From an uncultured delta proteobacterium (GTDB taxonomy: Bacteria; Desulfobacterota; RBG-13-43-22), in contig CAWDKY010000032.1 of the NCBI GenBank assembly GCA_963802945.1, positions 64,001 to 128,000 on the forward strand: 64,000 nt of DNA, written 5' to 3'. The first letter of the stretch is position 1; every line of letters starts with the position of its first letter. The position numbers were made by a program, and so were the translations under genes. Under the pieces are notes generated by a model, which was not told the origin of the DNA, searched no databases, and saw nothing but the letters and a program-made list of their open reading frames with translations. This document shows, in pieces, positions 51,338 through 62,393 of this stretch.

Positions 51338-52741
51338 ATGAGGAAAATTAGGTTTGCGCCGGTGATCTTTATGGTGAGTCTCCTGCTCACCACTACTTCT
51401 TCGGCACAAGGCATGGATCAGCAAGCTGGAGGCGTTCGGGGAATAGAAGATCAAGCCACCGCACAAGGAAATGATTATCAGGCACTGAGCCTCGAGGATT
51501 GCCTGGCCTTGGCTCATAAGTACAACCCCCTTCTGGGAGCCAGCCGAGAGAAGATCCGGGAATTGGTGGCCGACTATGATGCGGCGCAATCAAAATTTTT
51601 CCCTTTGCTTGTCCTGGGATCTTATTATCAACGACTTGCCCCTGACAGGCTGCCACCGGGCGGCTCTCTCCCGCCCGGCCAGCAGTTGTTTGGCCTTGAG
51701 ACTCTCAGCAGTGTTACCGGGAAACAAATAATATTCGACGGCTTAAAAACCTATTACAGTTCCCGGGCCGCTAAGATTGGTATTAGAGCCCATAGAATGG
51801 AAGTGCAACAAACCGGAGATGAAGTGGCCTTTGCGGTGACCGAGGCATTCCACCGCTTGATAGAAGCCAAAGAGAATCTTAAGGTGGCCGAGGAGACTCT
51901 GCAGCAACGACAGGATTTTGCCAGACTCACCGAGGCCTTTTTTAAGGCCGGTAAGGTTACCCGCCTGGATTCCTTTCGCGCTCAATCCCAGGTTTCAGAC
52001 GCAGAACAGGCAAGAGTAGAGGCGGAAAACGGGGTTCGCATGGCCAGGGAAATTTTGAGCCGCACCTTGGGGCTAAAAGAGCAAGTCGAGGTGGATATTC
52101 GGGGGCAACTGTCCGAGCAGTTCGCTCCGGCGGGTACTGTCGAGTCATTGTGGCAGGAAGCGTTAAAAAATAATCCTGAAATCAAGTCACTCGATTTAGG
52201 AATAGAGCAGAGCCAGGCGTCAATCAAAGCAGCCCGGGGCGGGTATTTCCCGGAGATCAGCCTGCAAGGAAGCGGCGGGGTGCGCCACCGGAACGTGGGC
52301 GGCACGGAGCCGGAATGGCTGTTTGGGGTCTTTATGGAATATCCCTTTTTTGAAGGAGGATTGACCAAAGCTCAGGTGGCCAAGGCTTCCTCCCAGAAGC
52401 TGCAGCTATTGGAGAAAAAGCGCGACTTCCTCAACACCCTCAAGGTAGATCTCACCACTGCCAGGACGGACCAGGAGAACTCACGCCAGGGGGTAGTTAC
52501 CAGCCGGCAAACTGTAGCCACCAACGAAGAGGCATACGCCAGTGCCCAAACCCTTTACCGGAATGGCAAGGCCATCGGCCTGGATGTGTTGCAGGCGCAA
52601 GTGGAGCTCACCAGCTCTCGGTTCACCTTCATCAAATACGCGGTGGCATACGAAGTCGCCCGGGCGCGGATCAAGCAATTGGTCGGCTCCGGAGTATCCA
52701 AACCTTATCAACAAACCGACATTGGGGGGCAAGAGAAATGA
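51338..52741 (+). CDS. TolC-family outer membrane efflux protein
   Basis: Signal peptide, LSLEDCL..A..YNP, two OEP repeats. Confidence 0.9.
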   Translation: MRKIRFAPVIFMVSLLLTTTSSAQGMDQQAGGVRGIEDQATAQGNDYQALSLEDCLALAHKYNPLLGASREKIRELVADYDAAQSKFFPLLVLGSYYQRLAPDRLPPGGSLPPGQQLFGLETLSSVTGKQIIFDGLKTYYSSRAAKIGIRAHRMEVQQTGDEVAFAVTEAFHRLIEAKENLKVAEETLQQRQDFARLTEAFFKAGKVTRLDSFRAQSQVSDAEQARVEAENGVRMAREILSRTLGLKEQVEVDIRGQLSEQFAPAGTVESLWQEALKNNPEIKSLDLGIEQSQASIKAARGGYFPEISLQGSGGVRHRNVGGTEPEWLFGVFMEYPFFEGGLTKAQVAKASSQKLQLLEKKRDFLNTLKVDLTTARTDQENSRQGVVTSRQTVATNEEAYASAQTLYRNGKAIGLDVLQAQVELTSSRFTFIKYAVAYEVARARIKQLVGSGVSKPYQQTDIGGQEK

Positions 52742-53898
52742 AATTTTCTGGCAGAAAGAAGGCTGTTGGGGTTGCCTTAGGCATTCTAATCATAATACTG
52801 CTGGGCTATCGACTGTTCTGGTATCGTCCCGCAGTGGCCGTAACCGTGGTTAAGAAGGCAGAGATTCAGAGCAAAGGCCATGGTCCGGGCACGGTGCAAT
52901 CCAAAGTGCCGGTGACGGTGAGCACTAAAATTACTGGGATTTTGGAAAAACTCCATACCGATCAGGGGGATCAGGTGCAGAAAGGCCAACTCCTAGCTGA
53001 ACTTGATATAGCTGAGCTGAGGGCCCGAACCGCCGCCGCCCGGGCAGCCAAGAATCGTGCCCAGCGAGACCTGGCGCGGGCCGAAGCCGATTTAGTCAAA
53101 GCCCAGGCTAACTTGGCCCTGGCTCAAAGCAATTATCAGCGGGACATGGAAGTATTCAAGCCTGGCTATATTTCACAGGCGACCTTTGACAACACTAAAG
53201 CCGCTCTTAAGGTGGCGGAGAGTGAAGTCAATGCATCTCAAGCTGCTGTGGCAGCTTTGCAGGCGCAGGTTGATCAGGAGGAATCGGAGACCCATGCGGC
53301 CGAGGCGGTATTTGCCTATGCCCACATCCTGGCGCCCATGAACGGGTTGATCACCGTGCGCAAGGCGGAGGTTGGAGATACAGTATCTCCCGGAACACCC
53401 ATCTTTCAAATGGTGGATTACCAAATCTGGGCAGCCTCCTGGATTGATGAAACCAAGATAGCCCAACTGCGGGAGGGACAGAAAGCTTCGATCAAACTGC
53501 GCTCGGGGCGAGTTTACCAAGGGGAGGTTATCCGCCTCAACAAAGAGGCCGATACCGTCACAAGGGAGTTGGAAGTCGATGTGAAATTTAACACCTTACC
53601 GCATCCCCTTGTTATCGGCGAAGAGACTGAGGTGGACATTGATACGGGCCGCCAAACTGCTTTGGCCGTTCCCTTATCTTCCATCATTAAACGGAACGGC
53701 TCTCAAGGGGTGCTGGTGGTTTCCAAGGGTTTGGCAAGTTTCCGTCCCGTTGTTATTGGGTTGCAAGACGAGCACCAAGCTGCCGTCCTGGAGGGCCTCA
53801 GGGAGGGTGATATGGTAATAATTAATCCGGCGGGAATTGAACCGGGGAAACAAGTCAAGCCAGAAATTAAGTCCCCAGGGAAGAAGCAGAACCCATGA
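52738..53898 (+). CDS. Efflux periplasmic adaptor (MacA/HlyD-like)
   Basis: GDQVQKGQLLAEL, ILAPMNG, GLREGD. Confidence 0.9.
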   Translation: MKFSGRKKAVGVALGILIIILLGYRLFWYRPAVAVTVVKKAEIQSKGHGPGTVQSKVPVTVSTKITGILEKLHTDQGDQVQKGQLLAELDIAELRARTAAARAAKNRAQRDLARAEADLVKAQANLALAQSNYQRDMEVFKPGYISQATFDNTKAALKVAESEVNASQAAVAALQAQVDQEESETHAAEAVFAYAHILAPMNGLITVRKAEVGDTVSPGTPIFQMVDYQIWAASWIDETKIAQLREGQKASIKLRSGRVYQGEVIRLNKEADTVTRELEVDVKFNTLPHPLVIGEETEVDIDTGRQTALAVPLSSIIKRNGSQGVLVVSKGLASFRPVVIGLQDEHQAAVLEGLREGDMVIINPAGIEPGKQVKPEIKSPGKKQNP

Positions 53899-53961
53899 GC
53901 TTAGTCGAATTCCATCTTAATTTATAAGCAGATGCTTAGCCCCCCTCTTTAAGGAGGATTG

Positions 53962-55161
53962 ATGGATTTAGCAGTCTATGACCTGAAGCTTCATAAAGTC
54001 CGGTTTATCGCCACGATTATCGGGATAAGCCTGCTGTTTACCATTGTACTCGCCATGAATGGCCTGTATCGTGGCAATATCTATGAAGGCCTCGCTCTCA
54101 TCAAGGCCACTAATCCTGATCTGTGGGTGGTGGAAAGATATCGGGGCGGACCTTTTAACGAACAATCCACCATGCCCGAATTTTACCATTATAGTGTTAA
54201 GGCCATCCCTGGCGTAGAGAAAGCCAGTTCCTATATTTCTTATGCCGTGGAAAGGCAGATCGGGGGCAAGAGCCAACATTTCAGCATCGTCGGCTATGAT
54301 GTCTTTGGCGGGCTCGGAGGGCCGCAAAAGATCTACGCCGGGAGGAATATCGAGCACGCCCATTATGAAATGGTCGCTCATCCAAAATTAGGGGTGCACC
54401 TTGGGGACACGGTTCCTCTGGGCCTGCATACCTATACGGTGGTGGGTTTGACCCGGGAGTCGGTCGATCCGCAGGGGGATCCTTTGGCCTACTTGTCTCT
54501 GCCCGATGCCCAGGAAGTGCTCTTCCAAAAAGACAATGAAGAAGTTCGCAATCAGCGAGAACAACTGCTTCGCACCCTTTCCAGCCAGAGCTATTTATCT
54601 GCAGCTCAGGCGGAAAAATTGCTCCCCAAGTTGGAGCCCGACACCCACATTATTAACGCCATCCTGGTAAAGCTGAGACCCGGGGCGAATCGCGCCGAGG
54701 TAGCTCGCCAGATCGAAAGCTGGCTCTATTTCAATGTCTTCACCACTCAGGAAGAAACCCAACTGGTGCTGAAAGGGCGATTGGCCGGCATGACTCAACA
54801 GCTTTTGCTTTTTAGAATCCTTCTGCTGATCATCTCCGTAATCATAATTTCCTTGGTTGTCCATACATTCACCATGGAAAAAATTCGCAGTATTGCTGTC
54901 ATGAAACTCATCGGTGCTCCTAATTGGGTAATTGTCCGGATGGTGATGGAACAGTCGCTCCTTTTGACTATCAGCGCCTTTTTATTTGGACTGGTTCTGA
55001 TCCAGAATACTTACCCCCTATTTCCCAAAACCATATTGAGAGTCCCCAGCGATGACCTGATTACTTTTATAATAGCCTTTGTCGGGGGTGTCCTTGCCAG
55101 TATTTTAGGGCTTTGGCAGGCATTAAAAACCGAACCCCATATGGCCCTGGGGGAACAATAA
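53962..55161 (+). CDS. ABC permease (MacB/FtsX-like)
   Basis: N-terminal TM, periplasmic domain, EKIRSIAVMKLIGA. Confidence 0.88.
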   Translation: MDLAVYDLKLHKVRFIATIIGISLLFTIVLAMNGLYRGNIYEGLALIKATNPDLWVVERYRGGPFNEQSTMPEFYHYSVKAIPGVEKASSYISYAVERQIGGKSQHFSIVGYDVFGGLGGPQKIYAGRNIEHAHYEMVAHPKLGVHLGDTVPLGLHTYTVVGLTRESVDPQGDPLAYLSLPDAQEVLFQKDNEEVRNQREQLLRTLSSQSYLSAAQAEKLLPKLEPDTHIINAILVKLRPGANRAEVARQIESWLYFNVFTTQEETQLVLKGRLAGMTQQLLLFRILLLIISVIIISLVVHTFTMEKIRSIAVMKLIGAPNWVIVRMVMEQSLLLTISAFLFGLVLIQNTYPLFPKTILRVPSDDLITFIIAFVGGVLASILGLWQALKTEPHMALGEQ

Positions 55162-55847
55162 TGGAAGTCCTGAGAATCGAAGGCCTGAGTAAGATTTTCG
55201 GCACCGGTCGTTTAGAAGTTCGGGCACTCGAAGATATAAATCTATCCGTTTCGCAGGGCGACCTGGTTGCCCTCCTCGGACCCAGCGGGTCGGGCAAGAC
55301 TACCTTGCTGCTATGCATCAGCTTGATTTTAGAACCCACCGGGGGCAAGATTCTTTTCGATGGTGAGACAATTTATCAAAAAAATGGTTGGGCGGACGTG
55401 GACGTCCGCCGGCTGCGCCGGGAAAAAATAGGCTTCATCTTTCAGTCTCGCAATCTAATCCCTTTTCTCACTGCCCGACAAAATTTGCTTCTTCCTTTGA
55501 GCCTGGTGGGTCTGAAAGGAGCAGAAGCTGAGAGCCAGGTGAAAGACCTGCTGGAATATATGGAAATCGCTGACCGTGCCGATTACCTGCCCGCCATTCT
55601 TTCCGGGGGTGAGCAGCAGCGAGTGGCCATCGCTCGCGCCCTGGCGAATAAGCCGAAGCTGATCCTGGCTGACGAACCTACAGGAGCCTTGGACACCGCC
55701 AGGGGGATGCGGGTCATGGAATTGCTAAAGAAGATCGCCAAAGAAAATCAGTCGGCGGTAATTGTGGTGACCCACGATGTGCGAATGATTGAGGGGTTTG
55801 ACTACGTTTACCATCTAAAAGATGGCCGCATCAACCATAACCAATAA
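55161..55847 (+). CDS. ABC ATP-binding protein (LolD/MacB-like)
   Basis: [26 protein letters not shown]. Confidence 0.93.
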   Translation: MEVLRIEGLSKIFGTGRLEVRALEDINLSVSQGDLVALLGPSGSGKTTLLLCISLILEPTGGKILFDGETIYQKNGWADVDVRRLRREKIGFIFQSRNLIPFLTARQNLLLPLSLVGLKGAEAESQVKDLLEYMEIADRADYLPAILSGGEQQRVAIARALANKPKLILADEPTGALDTARGMRVMELLKKIAKENQSAVIVVTHDVRMIEGFDYVYHLKDGRINHNQ

Positions 55848-55975
55848 TCACAGGGGTGCAAAACGGTTAGATCTTAATCTGCCAAATTTTATTCGATTTA
55901 TTCATCGAGGAGATTCTCTAGGCTTAGATTCCCGTTATCAGCCCAGGAATTCTTTATCCATTTGAATTTTGGACC

Positions 55976-56151
55976 TAAAAACATATTCTATCGAGATATT
56001 GACCATCTTTTCCTCCTCCGGTGCGGACAGTGATTGGGGACCTTTCCAGCACTGAACGTGTTCTAAAGGGGTTGCATATTGGTTTAACAGTGTTTGTTTG
56101 ATTAAGTATCTTTGCGAACAAATCATTCCTTCACCACCCCACTCACTTTCA
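55976..56151 (+). repeat. 176-bp direct repeat, copy 2
   Basis: Matches 51081-51256. Confidence 0.92.
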
Positions 56152-56157
56152 ACTGAA

Positions 56158-56210
56158 AATTAGTAACGTCTCCCGGGGACTTCGTCAAAAAGAAAATGAA
56201 GATGCCCCGA
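56158..56210 (-). promoter_or_regulatory. Promoter repeat B copy
   Basis: Minus GGCATCTTCATTTTCTTT-TTGACG-AAGTCCCCGGGAGACGT-TACTAA, similar to 3284-3334 and 123-169. Confidence 0.6.
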
Positions 56211-56240
56211 TTCCCCTACAATCTCTGAAGATACTTTACA

Positions 56241-56268
56241 AGCCGCCTCATTTGGCAGTGAGGCGGCC
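56241..56268. terminator. GC-rich hairpin
   Basis: GCCGCCTCA-tttggcag-TGAGGCGGC. Confidence 0.45.
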
Positions 56269-56740
56269 TGAAGAGTTCAAACCATAATCCTCAGTTTTGA
56301 GTCCTGCTCCCAAGCAAGAGTAATAGGTGTAAGCCGCAAGAAGAGTTATCTGGACACTGTACGTCAACCCAAATGCTGGTCAGGACAATTATTTCGAGAT
56401 GTTTTATAACAGCGATCGCCTTCATTCGTCTCTGAACTATAATACCCCTAATGATGTTGAAAGAAACTTCTTTTTGGCTAATGTAGCTTAACCCCCCTGT
56501 CCATTTTTAGTTGACTAGATCCATTCCCAACTTTCACCAAACTCAGCCCTTGCCACATCTGCCTTGGGGATGTCCCATCTTAATATCTTCCTCTTTTCTG
56601 GGGACATTTTGACTTTGTTATCGTATACCTTAGCTTTTATATTTGACTCTTGTTTCCTCCCTATTTTATACTTTGATCTCTTGGAAGAGGATTCAGTCAA
56701 AATAATAACTAATTCATTCTTATGAAAAGGAGACGTTACG

Positions 56741-58285
56741 ATGATTAAAACAGTCGAACAGTATCTTGAGAGCTTAAACGACGGCCGGCAGATCTGGTGT
56801 CTGGGAGAAAAGGTGGCCGATGTTCGAACCCATCCCACCCTCAGCAGTATCATCAAATCCGCCTGCATGGACTATGTCCTGCCCAATCATCCTGATTTCC
56901 GGGACTTGTTCGTAACCAAGAACGAAGAAGGGGAGGATATTAATTTCCTGCTGACCTCTCCCAGATCTCCACAAGATCTACTACGAAGGAGGGAATGTTA
57001 CATCAATGGCGTCCGATCGGGCGGTGGGGTGATGGTTCATTGCATGGGCGCCGATGCCCTGGCTGCCTTTACCGTAGCGGCCGAGGTCATGGATAAGGAA
57101 ATCAAGACCCATTATACGGAGCGGGTGGAAAATTATCGGAAAGTGCTGCAAAAACAGGACCTGGCCATCACCGGCGCCATCACCGACGTCAAAGGGGATA
57201 GGAGTATCCATGCCTCGAAACAGAAACAGCACCCGGACTATTATTTGAGAATCGTGGATAAACAGAAAGACGGCATCGTGGTGCGAGGGGCCAAGGTGCA
57301 TATCAGCGCCACCCCTTGTTCCAATGAAGCCCTCTGCCTGCCCTGCCGGACCCATGGTGAGGAAGACAAGGATTATGCCTTGGCCTTTGCCATTCCTCTT
57401 AATACACCGGGCATCAAACTTTTAGCCGTGGAACCGGTATCACGAACCTATGGCGAAGAAGGGGAATTTGATTATCCCAAGACCAGCGCCACCCAGCCTA
57501 CGGAGTGCCTCATCGTTTTTGATGATGTCTTTGTGCCCTGGGAACGGGTCTTCATGTGTGGGGAATGGCAGTACACACGCAACCTGGCCTATGCTTTTGC
57601 CAGCTATCACCGTCTTTTCGGCACCTGTAAGATGATCGGAAAGCTGGAGATCATCACTGGAACGGCGGCCCTGCTGGCCGAGTATAACGGGGTCGAGAAT
57701 ATGAACCATATCAGAAAAAAGCTGGCCTGGATGGCCATGATCACGGAATCGGTGGCCCTGCTGGGTAAGGCGGCTTGTCTTGATCCGATAACGGAATTCG
57801 GGCACGATGTGGTCATGCCCAACCGGATGGCCATCAATGCCTCCAAGTACACCTTCGCCAGTAATTTTCACCAGATGTGCCAGCACCTGCAGGATATCGC
57901 CGGAGGACTTTCAGCCACGGTGCCGACCTTCCGGGATTGGAACAATGCCGAAATACGTCCTTACATAGAAAAATATCTGAGTGCCAAGGACGGTGTTTCC
58001 ACTGAAGACCGGCTAAGGGTGATGCGTCTGGCCAAGGATATGACCTGCAACTTTTATCAGATCGACACGATTCACGGGGAGGGGTCCATGGCCGCGCAAG
58101 AGATGTTTATTTACGGTAGTGCCGACTGGAATAAGCTCAAATCCGCGGCCAAACGGGCCGCCCATGTGAACGGTTGGCAGGATAATCCTATCTACGGAAA
58201 ACTATTATCGGTCAAAGAACAGGTCAAAATGCCGGCCATTGACGAATCCTATAAAAGCATTCCGAAAACGGCCAAGAAAAAATAA
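56741..58285 (+). CDS. 4-hydroxybutyryl-CoA dehydratase / HpaB-family flavoprotein
   Basis: AITDVKGDRS, GIVVRGAK, FDDVFVPWERVF, HGEGS. Confidence 0.88.
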   Translation: MIKTVEQYLESLNDGRQIWCLGEKVADVRTHPTLSSIIKSACMDYVLPNHPDFRDLFVTKNEEGEDINFLLTSPRSPQDLLRRRECYINGVRSGGGVMVHCMGADALAAFTVAAEVMDKEIKTHYTERVENYRKVLQKQDLAITGAITDVKGDRSIHASKQKQHPDYYLRIVDKQKDGIVVRGAKVHISATPCSNEALCLPCRTHGEEDKDYALAFAIPLNTPGIKLLAVEPVSRTYGEEGEFDYPKTSATQPTECLIVFDDVFVPWERVFMCGEWQYTRNLAYAFASYHRLFGTCKMIGKLEIITGTAALLAEYNGVENMNHIRKKLAWMAMITESVALLGKAACLDPITEFGHDVVMPNRMAINASKYTFASNFHQMCQHLQDIAGGLSATVPTFRDWNNAEIRPYIEKYLSAKDGVSTEDRLRVMRLAKDMTCNFYQIDTIHGEGSMAAQEMFIYGSADWNKLKSAAKRAAHVNGWQDNPIYGKLLSVKEQVKMPAIDESYKSIPKTAKKK

Positions 58286-58298
58286 AGAGGGATGCTCT

Positions 58299-59954
58299 AT
58301 GATTTTTAGACCGCCTTTCTCTCGGCAGTTACCGAACCTTTTGCTGGGCCTTCTGTTGGCCTGGTCGATCGTTTCCTTTCCGGTTTCCCAAAACGCCTGG
58401 GCGGAACCCGCCAAGACCACGGAAATCATTCAGTTGGATACCGGGAAGATAACCGGTCTGATCATCGGCAGAGATCCCGAAATCCATGTCTTTAAGGGGA
58501 TTCCCTACGCTGCCCCGCCTGTAGGGAGGCTGCGTTGGAAACCGCCGCAGCCGGTGAAGCCCTGGCAGGGTGTGAGATATTACGATACATTCGGTCCTGC
58601 CAGTCCCCAACCGGATACCCTTTCTCGTTTCTATAGACTCAAGTTCGACAAAATCAGCGAGGACTGCCTTTACCTCAATGTCTGGACTCCGGTTAAGGAC
58701 TCCAAAGAAGCCCTCCCGGTCATGTTTTGGATTCATGGCGGTGGGAATATTTCAGGGGCCGGGTCCACACCTTCTTATGACGGCGAGGCCCTGGCCCGGC
58801 AGGGCGTGGTCCTGGTCAGTATCAACTATCGCCTTGGCCCGTTTGGGTTTTTCGCCCATCCCCTACTGTCTAAAGAATCCGGTCGTAATACATCCGGCAA
58901 TTATGGTCTCCTCGATCAGATCGCTGCCCTTCAGTGGGTTCAGAAGAACATCCGTGCTTTTGGAGGCAATCCGAATCGAGTGACCATCTTCGGGGAATCG
59001 GCCGGTGGGTTAAATGTCTGCTGCCTGATGACCTCTCCTTTGGCCAAGGGTTTGTTTCACCGGGCCATTGCCGAGAGCGGACATGCCTTCGGCCGTATTC
59101 GGCATCTGCGAGAGACATGGTATGGACAGGAGTCCTTGGAAAAACAGGGGGAACAAATTACAAAAGAACTGGGATGTGCGGATGTTCCTGATCCCCTGAC
59201 TGCCCTGCGCGCGCTTAGCACCGAAAAGATTCTGGAAGGATCCAAACCCATCCTGGGTTTCGGCGGGGAAATTGGGAATCGTTTTGGCCCCGGGGTGGAC
59301 GGTTGGGCGATTCCCGATGATATCAATGCCATCTTTGAACAGGGGAAACAGAACGATGTTCCCTTAATCGCCGGGACCAATGCCAACGAGGGGATAATAT
59401 TTACATTGAATCCTAACATAAAGACTGTCGAGGCCTATAAATTGACGGCCAAGGCCCTGTATGGACGATTCTCAGATGATTTCCTGGCCATGTATCCCGT
59501 CAAGGAATCCTCGGAAATCAGAAAGGCATTAAGTGACGCTATCGGGGACCTGGGGTTTATTGCCGGAGCACGTACTTTTGTCCGCGGGATGCATACGGTT
59601 AAATCCAAGGCCTATCTGTATCATTTCACCATGAAACCTCAGGGACCGATCGGAGAAATCCTGGGCGCATTTCATGGAGCGGAAATTCCCTTGGTGTTTG
59701 ACAACCTACATAAAGGTCAACTCCCTCCGGATGAAAAGCACCAAGCGTTGGCTAAAGTGATGAGCGGCTATTGGGTGCAGTTCGCCAAAACAGGAGATCC
59801 CAACAGAGAGGGTTTTCCCACATGGCCGGCTTATAATGCCAAGGGGGATCAGCACCTGGAATTTGGTGAGACGGTCAAGATGGGCAGTGGTCTTCGCAAG
59901 GCGGCCTGTGACCTTTTCGACAACATCCTGGCCGAACAGAGAAAAAACAGGTAG
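58299..59954 (+). CDS. Secreted type-B carboxylesterase
   Basis: FKGIPYAAPP, SEDCLYLNVW, FGESAGG, FHGAEI; signal peptide. Confidence 0.93.
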   Translation: MIFRPPFSRQLPNLLLGLLLAWSIVSFPVSQNAWAEPAKTTEIIQLDTGKITGLIIGRDPEIHVFKGIPYAAPPVGRLRWKPPQPVKPWQGVRYYDTFGPASPQPDTLSRFYRLKFDKISEDCLYLNVWTPVKDSKEALPVMFWIHGGGNISGAGSTPSYDGEALARQGVVLVSINYRLGPFGFFAHPLLSKESGRNTSGNYGLLDQIAALQWVQKNIRAFGGNPNRVTIFGESAGGLNVCCLMTSPLAKGLFHRAIAESGHAFGRIRHLRETWYGQESLEKQGEQITKELGCADVPDPLTALRALSTEKILEGSKPILGFGGEIGNRFGPGVDGWAIPDDINAIFEQGKQNDVPLIAGTNANEGIIFTLNPNIKTVEAYKLTAKALYGRFSDDFLAMYPVKESSEIRKALSDAIGDLGFIAGARTFVRGMHTVKSKAYLYHFTMKPQGPIGEILGAFHGAEIPLVFDNLHKGQLPPDEKHQALAKVMSGYWVQFAKTGDPNREGFPTWPAYNAKGDQHLEFGETVKMGSGLRKAACDLFDNILAEQRKNR

Positions 59955-60061
59955 CGGCAGGCGTTGGAGAAAGAAGGATTTTTGTTTTTCGAGGTAAAGA
60001 TGTCAGGGTTCCGATGAGGTAGGATTTTAATCTTTTAGCAGGATGCGGAAAACTCTTTTTT

Positions 60062-60255
60062 ACAGGTTGCTCAAAAAGGTTCTGTCGGCCTCCTTGGAGG
60101 CCTTTTATATAGGTCGGCAAAGCCGACCGGCTACAAGGCGCCCGAAACCCCGAGGAATGAGGCGTACATGGAAGTACGACGCAATAAACCTGCCACGCCG
60201 AAAGGCGGGGAGAGATGAGGGCAACGCAGTAGATGGGCCTTTTTCAGCAACCTGT
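60062..60255. mobile_element. MITE-like element
   Basis: TIRs ACAGGTTGCTCAAAAAGG / CCTTTTTCAGCAACCTGT. Confidence 0.72.
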
Positions 60256-61349
60256 TAGAATTCCAAAATCGCCCGTCCTTGGATACGTCCCGCTTCCAAG
60301 GCCGCGACCGCCTCGTTCACCTGGTCAAGGGTGAACCGCTCTGTAACCAGGACATTCAGATCGAGCTGGCCGCTTTTGTGCCACTCAAGGAAAATAGGGA
60401 AGTCCCGATCTGGATGACAGGAACCCCCATTACTTCCGATAAACTTCTTCTCATTGATCAGAATGTCCAGGGCGTTCATTTCCATCTTGGTCTGCGGTAT
60501 TCCAACCAAGACGGCCGTACCGCCAACCGAATCTCCAAACGTACCTGCTCGAACAACTCGAAGGATCTGCTCCATGGTCACTTTTTGCCCGATGCAGTCA
60601 AAAGCAAAGTCCACCCCGGCAACAGGTCTTTTAAGGGGGTCGAAGATCCCGACGTGCTCAGTCAGCTTTCGGATCGCTTTGACCGGATCCTCCTTTGAGG
60701 CATTGATGGTCGCTGTGGCCCCAAACCGACGGGCGAATTCCAACTTGCCGTCATTCAGGTCCACGGCGATGATGGGGTCGGCTCCCACCACCTTGGCTGC
60801 GGCGAGTGCGGAGAGTCCCACGCCTCCGACACCGAAGACGGCCACGCTTTCCCCTTTCTTCACACCGGCGGTATAGAGGACCGCCCCGGCGCCGGTCATC
60901 ACTGCACAGGCAATCACCGCTGTAACATCTTTCACTGTGTCCTCAGGTATCCGGACCACGTACTGCTCATCAGCAATCGTCTGATCCGCCCAAGTAAAAA
61001 CATTTTGAGACACCGCTAAAGTCCCGTCAGGTAATTTTAATGTAGCCGCCTTGGTGATCCGCGGATTGGTAGCCTTGTTTCTGGGAACCCAGGTTACCAG
61101 CACCAGATCCCCCTCCTTCACATGAAAGACATCGCTCCCCTTGGCTATGACGACACCTGTGGACTCATGGCCCAGAACAACTGGGGTAGTCCTCGGCAAG
61201 TGGATCTGGTGGAGCTGGCTATGGCACACACCGCTTGAGAACTGCTTGATCACAACTTCGTGGGGACCAGGGTCAGGCAGATTCACTTCGACAATGGAGA
61301 GATGTCCTTTGTCCTGCGGTACTACGGCGACACGGGCTGGTGTTGGCAT
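60255..61349 (-). CDS. Zinc-dependent alcohol dehydrogenase family protein
   Basis: GVCHSQ, LGHESTG, CAVMTGAG, GVGGVG. Confidence 0.9.
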   Translation of the reverse strand: MPTPARVAVVPQDKGHLSIVEVNLPDPGPHEVVIKQFSSGVCHSQLHQIHLPRTTPVVLGHESTGVVIAKGSDVFHVKEGDLVLVTWVPRNKATNPRITKAATLKLPDGTLAVSQNVFTWADQTIADEQYVVRIPEDTVKDVTAVIACAVMTGAGAVLYTAGVKKGESVAVFGVGGVGLSALAAAKVVGADPIIAVDLNDGKLEFARRFGATATINASKEDPVKAIRKLTEHVGIFDPLKRPVAGVDFAFDCIGQKVTMEQILRVVRAGTFGDSVGGTAVLVGIPQTKMEMNALDILINEKKFIGSNGGSCHPDRDFPIFLEWHKSGQLDLNVLVTERFTLDQVNEAVAALEAGRIQGRAILEF

Positions 61350-61946
61350 GGAAAAGGCCTCCAATTGATAAAAAATTTTTCCAATTATAGTATATATAAT
61401 ATAGACCTTAGTAAGTCAAGATAATTTGATTGTTTTTCTCCTTGACCTATCAAGGGGGCTTTTTTTATAGTACCATTATTATATTATGAAGATATTAATG
61501 GCCCCAAAATAACATAGACCATATTTTCTGTCAGGGGTTGGAGGGTTCTCTTTTCTGGGTTGTCCAAAAGGTAACGCATAGCCAAAACTGGGACCCGCTC
61601 CAAAGGAGTGGGCATGAGCATGGCTTTAGATGCGAAGAAATCCGGCCCGGATCTCGCCCGAGGCAGGATTTGGCCCGGCAAAGAAGCTTGAGGCCTTATG
61701 GTTAGGAGCCATTGGTTCGATAAAGAGAGATTATTTCTCACCCCAAAAAGAAGAACCGTTAAGATTCAGTTGCTGTATCCGCCTAATCCTTTTCCACTTC
61801 GGGGCGCCATCGTCAAGGTCTTATGGTCAAAAACCCGTTTATTCCGAACGACCTTTTTGCTTGACATAGTGCCCTGAAGGAGTTACTCGTTTTCCCTCAA
61901 AGAAAGGGCCGGCTATTGAGAAAATTTGTATCCGAAGGAGAAAGAA

Positions 61947-62393
61947 ATGTTTGAAAAAATATTATTCCCTACCGACTTTTCCGATGTGGCTGCCAGGGCT
62001 CTGGAATTTGTAAAACAATTGAAAGATTCCGGGGCAAAAGAGGTCGTTGTCTTAAACGTCATCGAAGAAAAATATTTCTATCTTTCGGAAGAATATCCGA
62101 CTATCGATCTGGAAACATTGGACAAGAATCTGAAAAAGGATGTGATGAAAAAAATGGCTGTCGTAGCCAACGCCCTTTATGAAAAAGGTTTTAAGGTAAA
62201 GGTGATAACAGCCAAAGGGGTCCCGGCGAGTGAAATCATCCGGATCGAACAGGAAGAGCAGGTATCCATTATTGTTCTTGGATCTCATGGAATGAGCAAT
62301 ATCAGAGAAATGCTTCTGGGATCGGTTTCGGAGGCAGTCATCAGAAAATCCAAGCAGCCGGTGCTGGTCGTCAAAAGACAGTCCAAGGTATAG
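61947..62393 (+). CDS. Universal stress protein
   Basis: KILFPTDFS, IVLGSHG..LLGSVSEAVIR. Confidence 0.93.
   Translation: MFEKILFPTDFSDVAARALEFVKQLKDSGAKEVVVLNVIEEKYFYLSEEYPTIDLETLDKNLKKDVMKKMAVVANALYEKGFKVKVITAKGVPASEIIRIEQEEQVSIIVLGSHGMSNIREMLLGSVSEAVIRKSKQPVLVVKRQSKV

Noticed and set aside
61614-61880. Small ORF with an internal TGA upstream of the usp gene
   Set aside because: No Cys-like context, no convincing SECIS-like stem, and no recognisable protein features.
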